From positions 96,001 to 160,000 of the forward strand of contig JBFWLW010000003.1 of NCBI GenBank assembly GCA_050251945.1: DNA of 64,000 nt, in the 5' to 3' direction. Below are positions 1-8,743 of the stretch, piece after piece (within the stretch, counting starts at the first letter, position 1; the number at the start of each line of letters is the position of its first letter). The notes under the pieces are model-generated. The model made no database searches. It saw nothing but the letters and a program-made list of their open reading frames with translations, and was not told where the DNA came from. The translations under genes were made by a program, and so were the position numbers. The stretch is from Deferribacterales bacterium. GTDB lineage: Bacteria; Chrysiogenota; Deferribacteres; Deferribacterales; Geovibrionaceae.

Positions 1-1135
1 TCTTACTGATATCCGCGAACTTGAGAAACAGGTCAAGGACAAGGAAAGACTGCTCGCGTCGCTGTTCGACATAGCCGACATCGGATTTGTTATTCTCGAC
101 GCTGAGAGCAACATAATCCGCGTTAACAAGGAATTTGCAGACATGACAGGCTACGCCGAACTGGAGATACTCGGCAGAAAACTGGATTATTTCAACATCC
201 TGTCCCACAAAAGCGACTATGAAAAATACGTCCGCACATCGTCCGGCTGTATCTCCGAAGTAGTGTTCAAAAACAGGAACGGCGAAAGCCGGTATGCTTA
301 TATGAACGTCACGGTATATCCAGTTGATGACAGGACATCCTACAGCGTTTACGCCTTCACCGACATAACGGACCGCATTTCCATCCTCTCCGAGCAGAAG
401 GATCAGGAACAGCTTCTTATACAGCAGTCCAGAATGGCGGCAATGGGCGAAATGATAGGTGTCATCGGTCACCAGTGGAAACAGCCGCTGAACGTGCTGA
501 ACCTTGTGCTGGAAAACATCAGGGAATCTGTCGAAGGCGGACATGCCGACTTTAACGAAATAGAAAAACTGACCGATACCTGCATAGAGCAGATTAAATT
601 CATGGCGGAGACCATAGAGGACTTCCGCAACTTTTTCAGTCACGACAAAACCCCGCGTCCTTTCGACCTTATAGGTACACTGAGCAACACCGTGCGGCTT
701 CTCTCCCCTCTGTTCGGCGTGCGCGGCACACAGATAGACATCACAAACAACCTCTCACCAAGAGAGGCTGTGTATGGGGTGGCGAACGAGTTCCGCCACT
801 GCATAATGAACATACTGTCCAACTCAAAGGATGCCATACAGCAGAGATGCAATGCGGACAGCGATTTCAATGGTCACGTGAACATAGATATTTCAGGGAA
901 CAGCGAACGGCTGGTGGTAAAAATATCCGATAACGGCGGCGGCATACCCAAAAACGTGATAGAGCATATCTTTGACCCGTATTTCACCACTAAAGGGGAA
1001 AAAGGTACCGGAATCGGTATGTATATGGTAAAGCTGATTATCAGAAAGATGAACGGGGACATCACCGCCCACAACGTTGACGGCGGAGCCTGCATGACAA
1101 TAACCCTGCCCAAGATTCAGCCGAAGAAGAACTGA
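1..1135 (+). CDS. PAS-domain sensor histidine kinase, 5' end outside window
   Basis: The frame of ORF 143..1135 is open back to position 2. H-box GHQWKQPLN, N-box NILSNSKDA, G-boxes DNGGG, FDPYFTTK and GTGIGM. Confidence 0.92.
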   Translation, partial: LTDIRELEKQVKDKERLLASLFDIADIGFVILDAESNIIRVNKEFADMTGYAELEILGRKLDYFNILSHKSDYEKYVRTSSGCISEVVFKNRNGESRYAYMNVTVYPVDDRTSYSVYAFTDITDRISILSEQKDQEQLLIQQSRMAAMGEMIGVIGHQWKQPLNVLNLVLENIRESVEGGHADFNEIEKLTDTCIEQIKFMAETIEDFRNFFSHDKTPRPFDLIGTLSNTVRLLSPLFGVRGTQIDITNNLSPREAVYGVANEFRHCIMNILSNSKDAIQQRCNADSDFNGHVNIDISGNSERLVVKISDNGGGIPKNVIEHIFDPYFTTKGEKGTGIGMYMVKLIIRKMNGDITAHNVDGGACMTITLPKIQPKKN

Positions 1136-1761
1136 TGCTTAAGACAAATTCCTATAATCTGCTTATATTTCTGTCACTTGCCTGTGCGATCTCTCTCGTT
1201 TTTCTGGACATACCGGTTGCGGAATTCTTTAAATCACACGAGAATAAGGCATTCTTCAGATTCAGCACGGAGATAACTGAGCTTGGCAAGTCGGATATCT
1301 ATATCCCTCTGTCCCTTGCGGTATGGCTGATTTTCCGCAAACGCAATCCGCTGGTTGCAAAAATTGCGCTGTCAGTCTTCCTGACGGTGGTCATAGCGGG
1401 GCTTGCATCAAACCTTACGAAATTCTTTTTCGGGCGGAACAGACCTGTGATGCTGTACGATTTTGACACATACGGGTTCGAGTTCTTTCATACAAAATAC
1501 TATAAAACGTCCTTCCCGTCTGGACACACGACTGTCGCTGCGGCGCTTGGTTCCATGCTGGCGCTCCACTGGCGCAAACTGACAGTTCCTGCGGCAGTTT
1601 TCATAATACTTATGGCTGTGACAAGGCTTTCAACTCTGAATCATTTTCTGAGCGACACTCTGGCAGGGATGATACTGGGAATAGGGGTCAGCGTTCTGAT
1701 ATACGACAGGATGTTCAAAGATCGTAAAGGCGCGCAAACTTCTCTGTACAGTCCTCAATAA
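1135..1761 (+). CDS. PAP2-family membrane phosphatase
   Basis: Motifs KFFFGRNRP, SFPSGH and TRLSTLNHFLSD; several TM helices. Confidence 0.9.
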   Translation: MLKTNSYNLLIFLSLACAISLVFLDIPVAEFFKSHENKAFFRFSTEITELGKSDIYIPLSLAVWLIFRKRNPLVAKIALSVFLTVVIAGLASNLTKFFFGRNRPVMLYDFDTYGFEFFHTKYYKTSFPSGHTTVAAALGSMLALHWRKLTVPAAVFIILMAVTRLSTLNHFLSDTLAGMILGIGVSVLIYDRMFKDRKGAQTSLYSPQ

Positions 1762-2305
1762 CGTACCTGTCGCGCTCCGGCGACGGCATGGGCAATATGC
1801 CGAGAAGAACAGGCCAGAAGAGCGCCTCTTTCACCATACCCAGATACTGCTGTGCGGCGAGAGGTATATCGTTTATGGGTTTTCCGGTGGATTGAAGATA
1901 GTCTCCCACCGAATTCAGCAGCGAGCGTATACCGTTCTCCGAATAGACGGTCTTAAGCTCCGGAAAACGACCCGATTCGCCCATTACCAGACGAAGCAGT
2001 TTTGTGAAGCGTTCGCTCCTGAGCATCAGAAGGCATTTCGCAGCATAGTCCGCAAGATCGCGTTTTATGTCGGCTCCTTCGCTGTAAACCATCTCCGGCA
2101 CTCCGAACTCTGTCCAGATATCCTTCACTATCTCCGAAAAAAGCTGTTCTTTCGACGGAAAATGGTTGTAAACCGTGCGCTTTGAAACACCGGCCATTGA
2201 GGCTATTGCGTCCATGCTGACGTTCCCGTATCCGCTGTCCAGAAACAGTTTTGAAGCAGCCCGCACAACTGCCGATCTCTTCCTTTGGCTGAAACTCTCT
2301 TCCAA
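1715..2305 (-). CDS. TetR/AcrR-family transcriptional regulator
   Basis: N-terminal HTH (GYGNVSMDAIASMAGVSKRTVYNHFPSKEQLF); TTG start with GGAG upstream; divergent from the aldo/keto reductase. Confidence 0.92.
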   Translation of the reverse strand: MEESFSQRKRSAVVRAASKLFLDSGYGNVSMDAIASMAGVSKRTVYNHFPSKEQLFSEIVKDIWTEFGVPEMVYSEGADIKRDLADYAAKCLLMLRSERFTKLLRLVMGESGRFPELKTVYSENGIRSLLNSVGDYLQSTGKPINDIPLAAQQYLGMVKEALFWPVLLGILPMPSPERDRYVIEDCTEKFARLYDL

Positions 2306-2364
2306 TTTGCTCTCCTTCCGGTGCCGATTATACTCATCAGTTTACATAATTACAATAAATTGTG

Positions 2365-2407
2365 TTGACTTTCCCCGCAACAGATATAAACTACACCGTA
2401 TAGTTTA
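2365..2407 (+). promoter_or_regulatory. Probable sigma70 promoter with overlapping palindromic TetR operator
   Basis: TTGACT at 2365-2370; palindrome TAAACTA-N7-TAGTTTA at 2387-2407; related half-site TATACTCATCAGTTTAC near 2329-2345. Confidence 0.6.
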
Positions 2408-2424
2408 CTTTTACGGAGGACGAT

Positions 2425-3405
2425 ATGGAAAAGAGACAGCTTGGCAAACTGACAGTTTCCGCCATGGGGCTCGGGTGCATGGGCATGAGCGAATTCTATG
2501 GTCAGACTGACGACGATGAATCTATAAAGGTCATACATGCGGCGCTCGATAGCGGCATCACAATGCTTGACACGGCGGACATGTACGGCATAGGACATAA
2601 TGAAGAACTGGTGGGCAGAGCCGTTAAAGGACGCAGGGACAGCGTCATTATAGCCACTAAATTCGGAATCGTCCGCGAAAAGGGCAAATATGAACGCACT
2701 ATCTGCGGAACGCCGGAATACGTCCGCTCCGCATGCGAAGCCAGCCTGAAACGCCTCGGCATCGACACAATTGACCTTTACTACCAGCACAGGAAAGACC
2801 CGAACGTTGCCATTGAAGAGACTGTTGGGGCAATGGCGGAGCTTGTTAAAGAGGGTAAGGTCAGAAATCTCGGACTTTCCGAATGCAGTGCGGAAACACT
2901 CCGCCGCGCCTCGAAAGTCCACACCATAACAGCCCTGCAAACGGAATATTCACTGTGGACGCGCGACATAGAAACGGAGATACTTCCGGCATGCCGCGAA
3001 CTCGGCATTGGTCTGGTGGCATACAGTCCGCTTGGACGGGGATTTCTCACTGGTGCGCTGTCCGCACCTGACAACCTCGACGAAAAGGATTTCCGCAGAT
3101 TAAGCCCCAGATTCAGCGGGGACAACCTGAAAGAGAACGCAAAAATAGTAGACGAGCTTTCGGAAATATCGAAAAAAATCGGATGCACTAACGCACAGCT
3201 TGCTCTGGCTTGGGTTTTGTCAAAAGGCAGAGACATTGTGCCGATACCCGGAACAAAACGTATAAAATATCTTAACGACAACCTTGAAGCGTGCAATATA
3301 AGGCTTTCGGCAGAAAATATTGCCGCGATAGAGCGCATCGTTTCACCGGAAAGAGTGAAAGGGGCGCGATATCCGGAAGAGGGCATGAAAGGACTTAACG
3401 GATAA
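2425..3405 (+). CDS. Aldo/keto reductase
   Basis: [49 protein letters not shown]. Confidence 0.95.
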   Translation: MEKRQLGKLTVSAMGLGCMGMSEFYGQTDDDESIKVIHAALDSGITMLDTADMYGIGHNEELVGRAVKGRRDSVIIATKFGIVREKGKYERTICGTPEYVRSACEASLKRLGIDTIDLYYQHRKDPNVAIEETVGAMAELVKEGKVRNLGLSECSAETLRRASKVHTITALQTEYSLWTRDIETEILPACRELGIGLVAYSPLGRGFLTGALSAPDNLDEKDFRRLSPRFSGDNLKENAKIVDELSEISKKIGCTNAQLALAWVLSKGRDIVPIPGTKRIKYLNDNLEACNIRLSAENIAAIERIVSPERVKGARYPEEGMKGLNG

Positions 3406-3462
3406 CACACGGCGGGCAGAGAGTCAGCTCAGACCGATGACAAACTGGATCTTACGTTCCTT

Positions 3463-3487
3463 AATCCCCCTTTAGAAAAGGGGGATT
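3463..3487. repeat. Perfect hairpin, REP-like family 2
   Basis: AATCCCCCTTT-AGA-AAAGGGGGATT. Confidence 0.7.
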
Positions 3488-3526
3488 TTGGTTAAACATC
3501 AATCAAATCCACCCCAACCCTCCTTT

Positions 3527-3620
3527 TTCAGCAAGCTAGGAACACTAACCGCGGGTTGAATGAGTCTGCATTCAATTAATCGTCGAATAGAAACATTTGC
3601 AAAAATAAAGCAAATGTTTT
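3527..3620 (-). mobile_element. Mini-element B (reverse orientation), interrupted by A'
   Basis: TTCAGCAAGCTAGGAACA plus GAAACATTTGCAAAAATAAAGCAAATGTTTT is close to the reverse complement of 20856-20902. Confidence 0.65.
3545..3589 (+). mobile_element. Mini-element A' (45 bp, diverged copy)
   Basis: CTAACCGCGGGTTGAATGAGTCTGCATTCAATTAATCGTCGAATA; 34/45 identical to 3746-3790, same length and same ends. Confidence 0.65.
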
Positions 3621-3686
3621 GCTATAGGAGGGAGAAAATGGAAATTATGACTTTATCAACAACCTACAGATTCATACAAAACAATT

Positions 3687-3804
3687 AGACTGCTTCGGGC
3701 TAAAGCCCTCGCAGAGACAGGTTTTTCTTTCCGTCTTTGCGAGCACTAGCCGAAGGCTGAATGAGTCCACTTTAAACTATTTGTCGAATAAAGCGAAGCA
3801 ATCC
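3687..3804. repeat. REP/REPIN-like inverted pair (family 1) with element A in the second arm
   Basis: AGACTGCTTCG...CGCAGAGAC, spacer, GTCTTTGCGAGCA[A]AAGCGAAGCAATCC. Confidence 0.8.
3746..3790 (+). mobile_element. Mini-element A (45 bp)
   Basis: CTAGCCGAAGGCTGAATGAGTCCACTTTAAACTATTTGTCGAATA; identical to 20841-20855 joined to 20903-20932. Confidence 0.7.
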
Positions 3805-3834
3805 AGTCTTTTCTCCTCTTTATCATCAGTCCGG

Positions 3835-3859
3835 GCGGGCAGAAATGTCCGCTTTTTTT
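3835..3859 (+). terminator. Intrinsic terminator
   Basis: GCGGGCA-GAAA-TGTCCGC followed by a T run. Confidence 0.65.
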
Positions 3860-6404
3860 ATCTGCAGACGCCGCACGACAGAGCCGGAATTTCTATAATA
3901 AATTCAACACCTCCGTTCAGATTGCGGAAGGTAAGTCTGCCTTTGAAATGTTCCTTGACTATCAGCTTGCTCATATAAAGTCCTATACCGGTTCCCTGTT
4001 CCGGCCCCTTGGTAGTGAAATACGGGTCGAACACCTTCTCTGCGATATCATCCGCTATACCTCCGGCGTTGTCGGACACATATACCCTGAGGACGCAGTC
4101 TTTGCAGGTCACTTTTATGTTTATAAACGGACTGCTGACACCTGAATTAAAAAATGCATCCTTGCTGTTTGTTATCAGATTCAGCATCACCTGCGAAAAC
4201 TCGTTTGCAACACCGAAAATTTTTGCGTCGCGCTCTTTTTCAACGGCAACTCCTATGTTGTTGGCAAAAAGCTGCTGCCTGACCAGTCCGATGACCATAT
4301 CAATCTGTTCCGAAGCGGAGAATTCAACTCTCTCCTTATCTGTGCGGAAGAAATTGCGGAAATCGTCAATGGTGCTGGACATAAAAAGTATCTGTTTCAT
4401 GCACATCTCGACGAATTCATCCATCACCTCGCCGTTAAGCGTATCGAAATCATATTCTTCCTGTATATTCTGAACCATCAGCGACATGACGTTAAGGGGC
4501 TGTCTCCACTGGTGGGCTATGGCTCCTATCATCTCGCCCATGGCGGCAAGCCTGCCCTGCTGCATGAAAAGCCGCTCCTGTTCCATTCGTTTTTTCGTTT
4601 CAAGCGCCACTTTTGACTCAAGGTCGGTGTTCATATCCAGAAGTTTATCCTCGGCAAGCTTGCGTTCGGTCACGTCTGTCATCACCCACAGGGAATAGGG
4701 TTCGACTTCCTTCTCCTCGATAAGTTTTCCTGAAACCTCCACCCATGCGAGACTTCCGTCCTGTTTGCGGAACTGTGTCCTTGCCTTTGCATATCCGCTC
4801 TTTCTGAGAACCTCCTCGGAATCTATAAACCTGCCGAAATCGGTAAAATGGTTTTCGTCGGGATGTATCACCATTGTGGATTTTCCGATTATCTCGTCAG
4901 TCCCGTACCCGAACATTTCCAGAAAGGCGTTGTTCACCCACTCAAACCGCCTGTTTTTGACCTGTATTATCGCGACCAGCGAATTCTCGAGTATTGCCGA
5001 CTGGCGCAGGTTAAGCGCAAGCAGTTCCGCCTCTGCGCTTTTTCTGCGGGTGATATCTTCAACTATCATTATAATAAACATGGGTGTATCGCTCTTATCT
5101 CTAAGGATGGAGGCGGTTATCTCGACCCATATTATGTCCGAATCCTTGCGGACTATGCGTCTCTCTGTGACGTAGGTGTCTATGCTTCCGCTGACCAGCC
5201 CCGACACACAGCCCGCACTGCTCACCGCGTCATCAGGATGGGCTATGTCAAGCATGGTTCTTTTCCGCAGTTCGTCCCTGCTGTAGCCCGATATCCTGCT
5301 GAAACACGAGTTAGCCTTTATAAACCTGCCGTCCAGAGTTGTCATGACGATTCCCACCGCAGCCTGTTCAAAGGTACGCCGGTAGCGCTCCTCGCTCTCA
5401 TAGAATTTCTGAGACATCTGTTCCGCCATCTCGAACGCCTTGCTTCTCGTCTTAAGCAGGATATATATAAGCAGAGAAAGAAGCAGTCCTGTGACACCGC
5501 CGCCGATAAGGATAAGCAGCGGTTTGTCCATATCGAATTTTTCAAAGAACGCATCCCCTGCCTGAAATTTCAGATACCATGTTCTGCCGTACATTTTAAG
5601 AGGAACGGTTTCTGAAAGCCTCGGCACTCCCGACGTTTTAGTTTCAAACATCAGATTCCCGTCTGCTATGGAGCTGTCATATATCTGAAGCGACACGCCT
5701 TTGGCATAGCTTCCGAAAATTCCTTTCATCAAATCGTTCACCCGGAACGGTGCAGAGATATATCCGTAAAGCCTGTCGTTTCTGAAAACCGGCATCGCCA
5801 TAAGTATGCCTGACGGTGCCTTTTCCGTGACAGTCTCCTGTTTCAGAACCATCTTGCCGGAAACGGCGGTCTTGCCAACCTCTTTAGCGCGTTTCAGCAT
5901 AGCCGCACGCACAGGCTCGCTTGCTAGATCGAAACCCATAACCCTCATGTTCGGGATATTTTCGGGAAACATCATCATCACAACTATATATTCTTCTTTA
6001 TCTGAAACCGGATGCACGCTGTAATCGGGAACACCGGATGCCTTCCCTTCTTTTATATGCTCCGCCAGCTCGTCTTTGCGCACAAGCTTTGCAAAACCCA
6101 TCGCCTGAATACCGGGGTAAAGCCTGTCCAGCTCCAGCGACTTCACATAGCTCATCCACATCTGTCTTGTAACTTTGTCGCCGTTAGCCTTAAAAAGCCC
6201 TTCGCCGCCGCGCAGAACCTGTTCGTAGGTACCCATACGCACGGATATTGCGCTGCTCATTTCGTTCACATGCATTTCAAAAGTGTTGTTGATATTTTTC
6301 TGAAGTGAATCGACAGCCGATTCATACAGCATAATAGATAGCGCAATGGTAAAAACGAAAACAGCCGTAGGAATAAAGCCGCTCAGGGACCTTAACCTGT
6401 CCAT
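3858..6404 (-). CDS. CHASE-domain sensor histidine kinase with two PAS domains
   Basis: TM-CHASE (GFDLASEPVR)-TM, PAS/PAC segments, AHQWRQPLN H-box, HATPase G-boxes. Confidence 0.92.
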   Translation of the reverse strand: MDRLRSLSGFIPTAVFVFTIALSIMLYESAVDSLQKNINNTFEMHVNEMSSAISVRMGTYEQVLRGGEGLFKANGDKVTRQMWMSYVKSLELDRLYPGIQAMGFAKLVRKDELAEHIKEGKASGVPDYSVHPVSDKEEYIVVMMMFPENIPNMRVMGFDLASEPVRAAMLKRAKEVGKTAVSGKMVLKQETVTEKAPSGILMAMPVFRNDRLYGYISAPFRVNDLMKGIFGSYAKGVSLQIYDSSIADGNLMFETKTSGVPRLSETVPLKMYGRTWYLKFQAGDAFFEKFDMDKPLLILIGGGVTGLLLSLLIYILLKTRSKAFEMAEQMSQKFYESEERYRRTFEQAAVGIVMTTLDGRFIKANSCFSRISGYSRDELRKRTMLDIAHPDDAVSSAGCVSGLVSGSIDTYVTERRIVRKDSDIIWVEITASILRDKSDTPMFIIMIVEDITRRKSAEAELLALNLRQSAILENSLVAIIQVKNRRFEWVNNAFLEMFGYGTDEIIGKSTMVIHPDENHFTDFGRFIDSEEVLRKSGYAKARTQFRKQDGSLAWVEVSGKLIEEKEVEPYSLWVMTDVTERKLAEDKLLDMNTDLESKVALETKKRMEQERLFMQQGRLAAMGEMIGAIAHQWRQPLNVMSLMVQNIQEEYDFDTLNGEVMDEFVEMCMKQILFMSSTIDDFRNFFRTDKERVEFSASEQIDMVIGLVRQQLFANNIGVAVEKERDAKIFGVANEFSQVMLNLITNSKDAFFNSGVSSPFINIKVTCKDCVLRVYVSDNAGGIADDIAEKVFDPYFTTKGPEQGTGIGLYMSKLIVKEHFKGRLTFRNLNGGVEFIIEIPALSCGVCR

Positions 6405-6502
6405 TACATACCCCGCACGGATAACAATTGATTATATTTTAATCATAACATAAATATTACAATTTACCACGCTTTCAGAATATTTTCGGACAGAATGTGA
6501 AC

Positions 6503-6528
6503 AAAAGCCGGCGGGGCAGCCCCGCCGG
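6503..6528 (-). terminator. Intrinsic terminator after the EF-hand protein gene
   Basis: CCGGCGGGG-CAG-CCCCGCCGG stem with a T run on the minus strand. Confidence 0.7.
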
Positions 6529-6537
6529 ATAGATGTA

Positions 6538-6942
6538 TTATGCGTAGGTATCTACGGATGTGAGACCGGAAAGAAGCGCCTCTTCGGTGCTTGTACCGGA
6601 AAGCTTAAGCTGATTGATGATAGATGATGATGCAGAAGATGTTTCGTCGGTGTCGTCCGTTTCCTCAGTTGATGACTGCTTATCCGCTTCATATGCGGCA
6701 AGCTCGTCCTGACTTATCTGTCCGTCCCCGTTTGCATCGTATTTGTCAAATTCGGATTTGCTGACGGAAGAACTGCCAATTTTATAAGAAGATGTTGTCG
6801 ATATGGAGACCTTGTCCATATCCGTCTTTTTGACCGCTGTGTCGTCGCTCTGCTTTTTGGCTGATTGATCCTGACCTTTTATGCTCATGTTGTTCGCGGT
6901 CAGATCCGTGTAGGATACTGAATAGTTCGTAGAGATACTCAT
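6538..6942 (-). CDS. Small Ser/Thr/Asp-rich EF-hand protein
   Basis: EF loop DANGDGQISQDE; RBS GGAGG; ends VDTYA. Confidence 0.8.
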   Translation of the reverse strand: MSISTNYSVSYTDLTANNMSIKGQDQSAKKQSDDTAVKKTDMDKVSISTTSSYKIGSSSVSKSEFDKYDANGDGQISQDELAAYEADKQSSTEETDDTDETSSASSSIINQLKLSGTSTEEALLSGLTSVDTYA

Positions 6943-7229
6943 AACTTCCTCCCTGGTGGATAGATGTTCGATGTCTCTTATATCGCCGGCAGGAGGAAAA
7001 ATATAAATTCATTTAAAATAGACAATGTGTTCTGAATGTGTGCGAAATGCGTTCGCAAACTGTTGAAGAATACGGAATAATGGAGATGTCCTCATATTTT
7101 GCACACAGAAAACCGCATATGGCGCCTCAATAAAACACATTTTCCACACAAATGCACTCAGACAAAATATGCGCGGATCAAACAGCCATACTAATCTCTA
7201 GTGCCATATTATCGTTCAGCCAAAGAAAC

Positions 7230-7589
7230 TTACGCATAGTTGTTGTAATAATAACCGTAAGGAGCATATCCGGCGGGAACAGCAGGCGCCGTATAATATC
7301 CCGGAACAGGTGAATATGCAGAGGCGTTATTCTGATCTTTATATACAGAAAACTCTGACACACTCATCACACCGTCTTTGTTACTGTCATATGCGTTGAA
7401 TTTGCCCATCGTATCTGAACTCACAGAGGATTTATATGCGGGAGCCTGAGAGGCTGAAGAGGTCTGATCACTCTGAGCCGATGAGGTCTGCCCCTGCACT
7501 GCTGTCTGATTTCTGCTCTGCAGGTTGGATGTGTCCAGTCGATTTGTCGAATTATAATATTCGGGTGAATTTGCAGGTGTAACTATCAT
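7230..7589 (-). CDS. Small low-complexity EF-hand protein
   Basis: EF loop DSNKDGVMSVSE; RBS GGAGG; Tyr/Pro-rich tail ending NNYA. Confidence 0.7.
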   Translation of the reverse strand: MIVTPANSPEYYNSTNRLDTSNLQSRNQTAVQGQTSSAQSDQTSSASQAPAYKSSVSSDTMGKFNAYDSNKDGVMSVSEFSVYKDQNNASAYSPVPGYYTAPAVPAGYAPYGYYYNNYA

Positions 7590-7844
7590 GAGATTGCCTC
7601 CTGATCATCTTCTCTGACTTTCTAATCGCATGAAACGCAATCTTCATAAGTTTCAACTAAACAGTCATTTAAACAACTTCTTAAACAGACCACTGCATTT
7701 TTTGCGTTTATTAACAATGCATTATCCAATAATCGACATGCCTTGGTAAAAAATCCAGCATTTATACGCAATTGAAACATGAAACTAACATAATTATCTG
7801 GTGTAGTAGTATCGTACAAAAGTGTGCAATTAAAGGAGAGCAAT

Positions 7845-8231
7845 ATGATATCTGCCGGATGTTTCAGACAGTACACAAGTCTTGTTCTGATTCTATTTAT
7901 AATGTTTATGTCCGGTCCGACCCACGTCGCCCACGCCGCAATGATAGGTTATGAAACGGGTAATTCTGAAATGGCGGCAGAGCAGGCGAGACAGACAGTT
8001 GACGCCTTCGTGGCGAGAGAGGATGTGAAGAGCGCGCTCGTTAAAATGGGCATCGACCCTGCGGAAGCATCCGACAGGATTAAAGCTCTTTCTGACAGCG
8101 AAGCAATCGCCGCGGCACAGCATATCGACAGCGCGCCTGCAGGCGGTGAAGGCATTATAACCATCATCGCAGGACTGCTTGTTCTGATAATCGCGGCAAT
8201 ACTGAATCTGACCAAAGCCATACTGTCGTGA
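7845..8231 (+). CDS. PA2779-family secreted protein (copy 1)
   Basis: RBS AAGGAG before ATG 7845; signal peptide AHA-A; AREDV..L..MG.DP..A..R..LSD.E; PAGG followed by a hydrophobic tail. Confidence 0.8.
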   Translation: MISAGCFRQYTSLVLILFIMFMSGPTHVAHAAMIGYETGNSEMAAEQARQTVDAFVAREDVKSALVKMGIDPAEASDRIKALSDSEAIAAAQHIDSAPAGGEGIITIIAGLLVLIIAAILNLTKAILS

Positions 8232-8329
8232 ATATTCACTTTAATTGTTTTTTATAACTCCTATAATAGTCTCTCTGGAAAAAACAGTTCCGGAACATAT
8301 AATATAGTAATCAATTGAAGGAGTGACCT

Positions 8330-8743
8330 ATGAATATGTTAAGGAGACAGAGCAGAACTATCGGGCTTCTGCTGATATTCAGCCTTATGTTCCTCGCAGG
8401 TCCCGTTCACAACGCACAGGCGGCAATGATAGGCGCTCAGACGGTCATCGACACCGCAAAAGCGGAAAAAGCGAAGACTCAGATAAACGCTTTCCTCGCC
8501 CGTGAGGACGTGCAGAACTCACTGACATCCATGGGGATTTCACCGGACGAAGCTGTGAAAAGAGCGCAGTCTCTTTCCGACAGCGAGGCAATAGCCTTTG
8601 CAGATAATATGGATAAGGCTCCTGCGGGCGGCAGCGGACTCGGGGTTGTTGTCGGCGCGGCACTGTTCGTGTTCATCGTTCTGCTGATAACCGATATCCT
8701 CGGTTTCACAAAAGTGTTCAGCTTTACAAAAGCCGCAAGATGA
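8330..8743 (+). CDS. PA2779-family secreted protein (copy 2)
   Basis: Paralog of the preceding gene; AQA-A signal; PAGG followed by VFIVLLITDILG. Confidence 0.85.
   Translation: MNMLRRQSRTIGLLLIFSLMFLAGPVHNAQAAMIGAQTVIDTAKAEKAKTQINAFLAREDVQNSLTSMGISPDEAVKRAQSLSDSEAIAFADNMDKAPAGGSGLGVVVGAALFVFIVLLITDILGFTKVFSFTKAAR

Larger units (their letters stand above)
3505..3634. repeat. REP-like family 2 copy interrupted by nested mini-elements B and A'
   Basis: AAATCCACCCCAACCCTCCTTT...GCTATAGGAGGGAG matches the uninterrupted copy at 33884-33919 once 3527-3620 is removed. Confidence 0.75.

Noticed and set aside
3649..3665. GACTTTATCAACAACCT, reminiscent of an IS terminal repeat
   Set aside because: No matching inverted partner or transposase found in the window.
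3638..3688. 16-codon ORF MEIMTLSTTYRFIQNN behind GGAGGGAG
   Set aside because: The apparent RBS is the right arm of a repeat hairpin; no other coding evidence.
3406..3857. Possible CRISPR array or tRNA in the repeat-rich intergenic region
   Set aside because: No regularly spaced direct repeats with unique spacers and no cloverleaf; explained by REP-like units and nested inserts.
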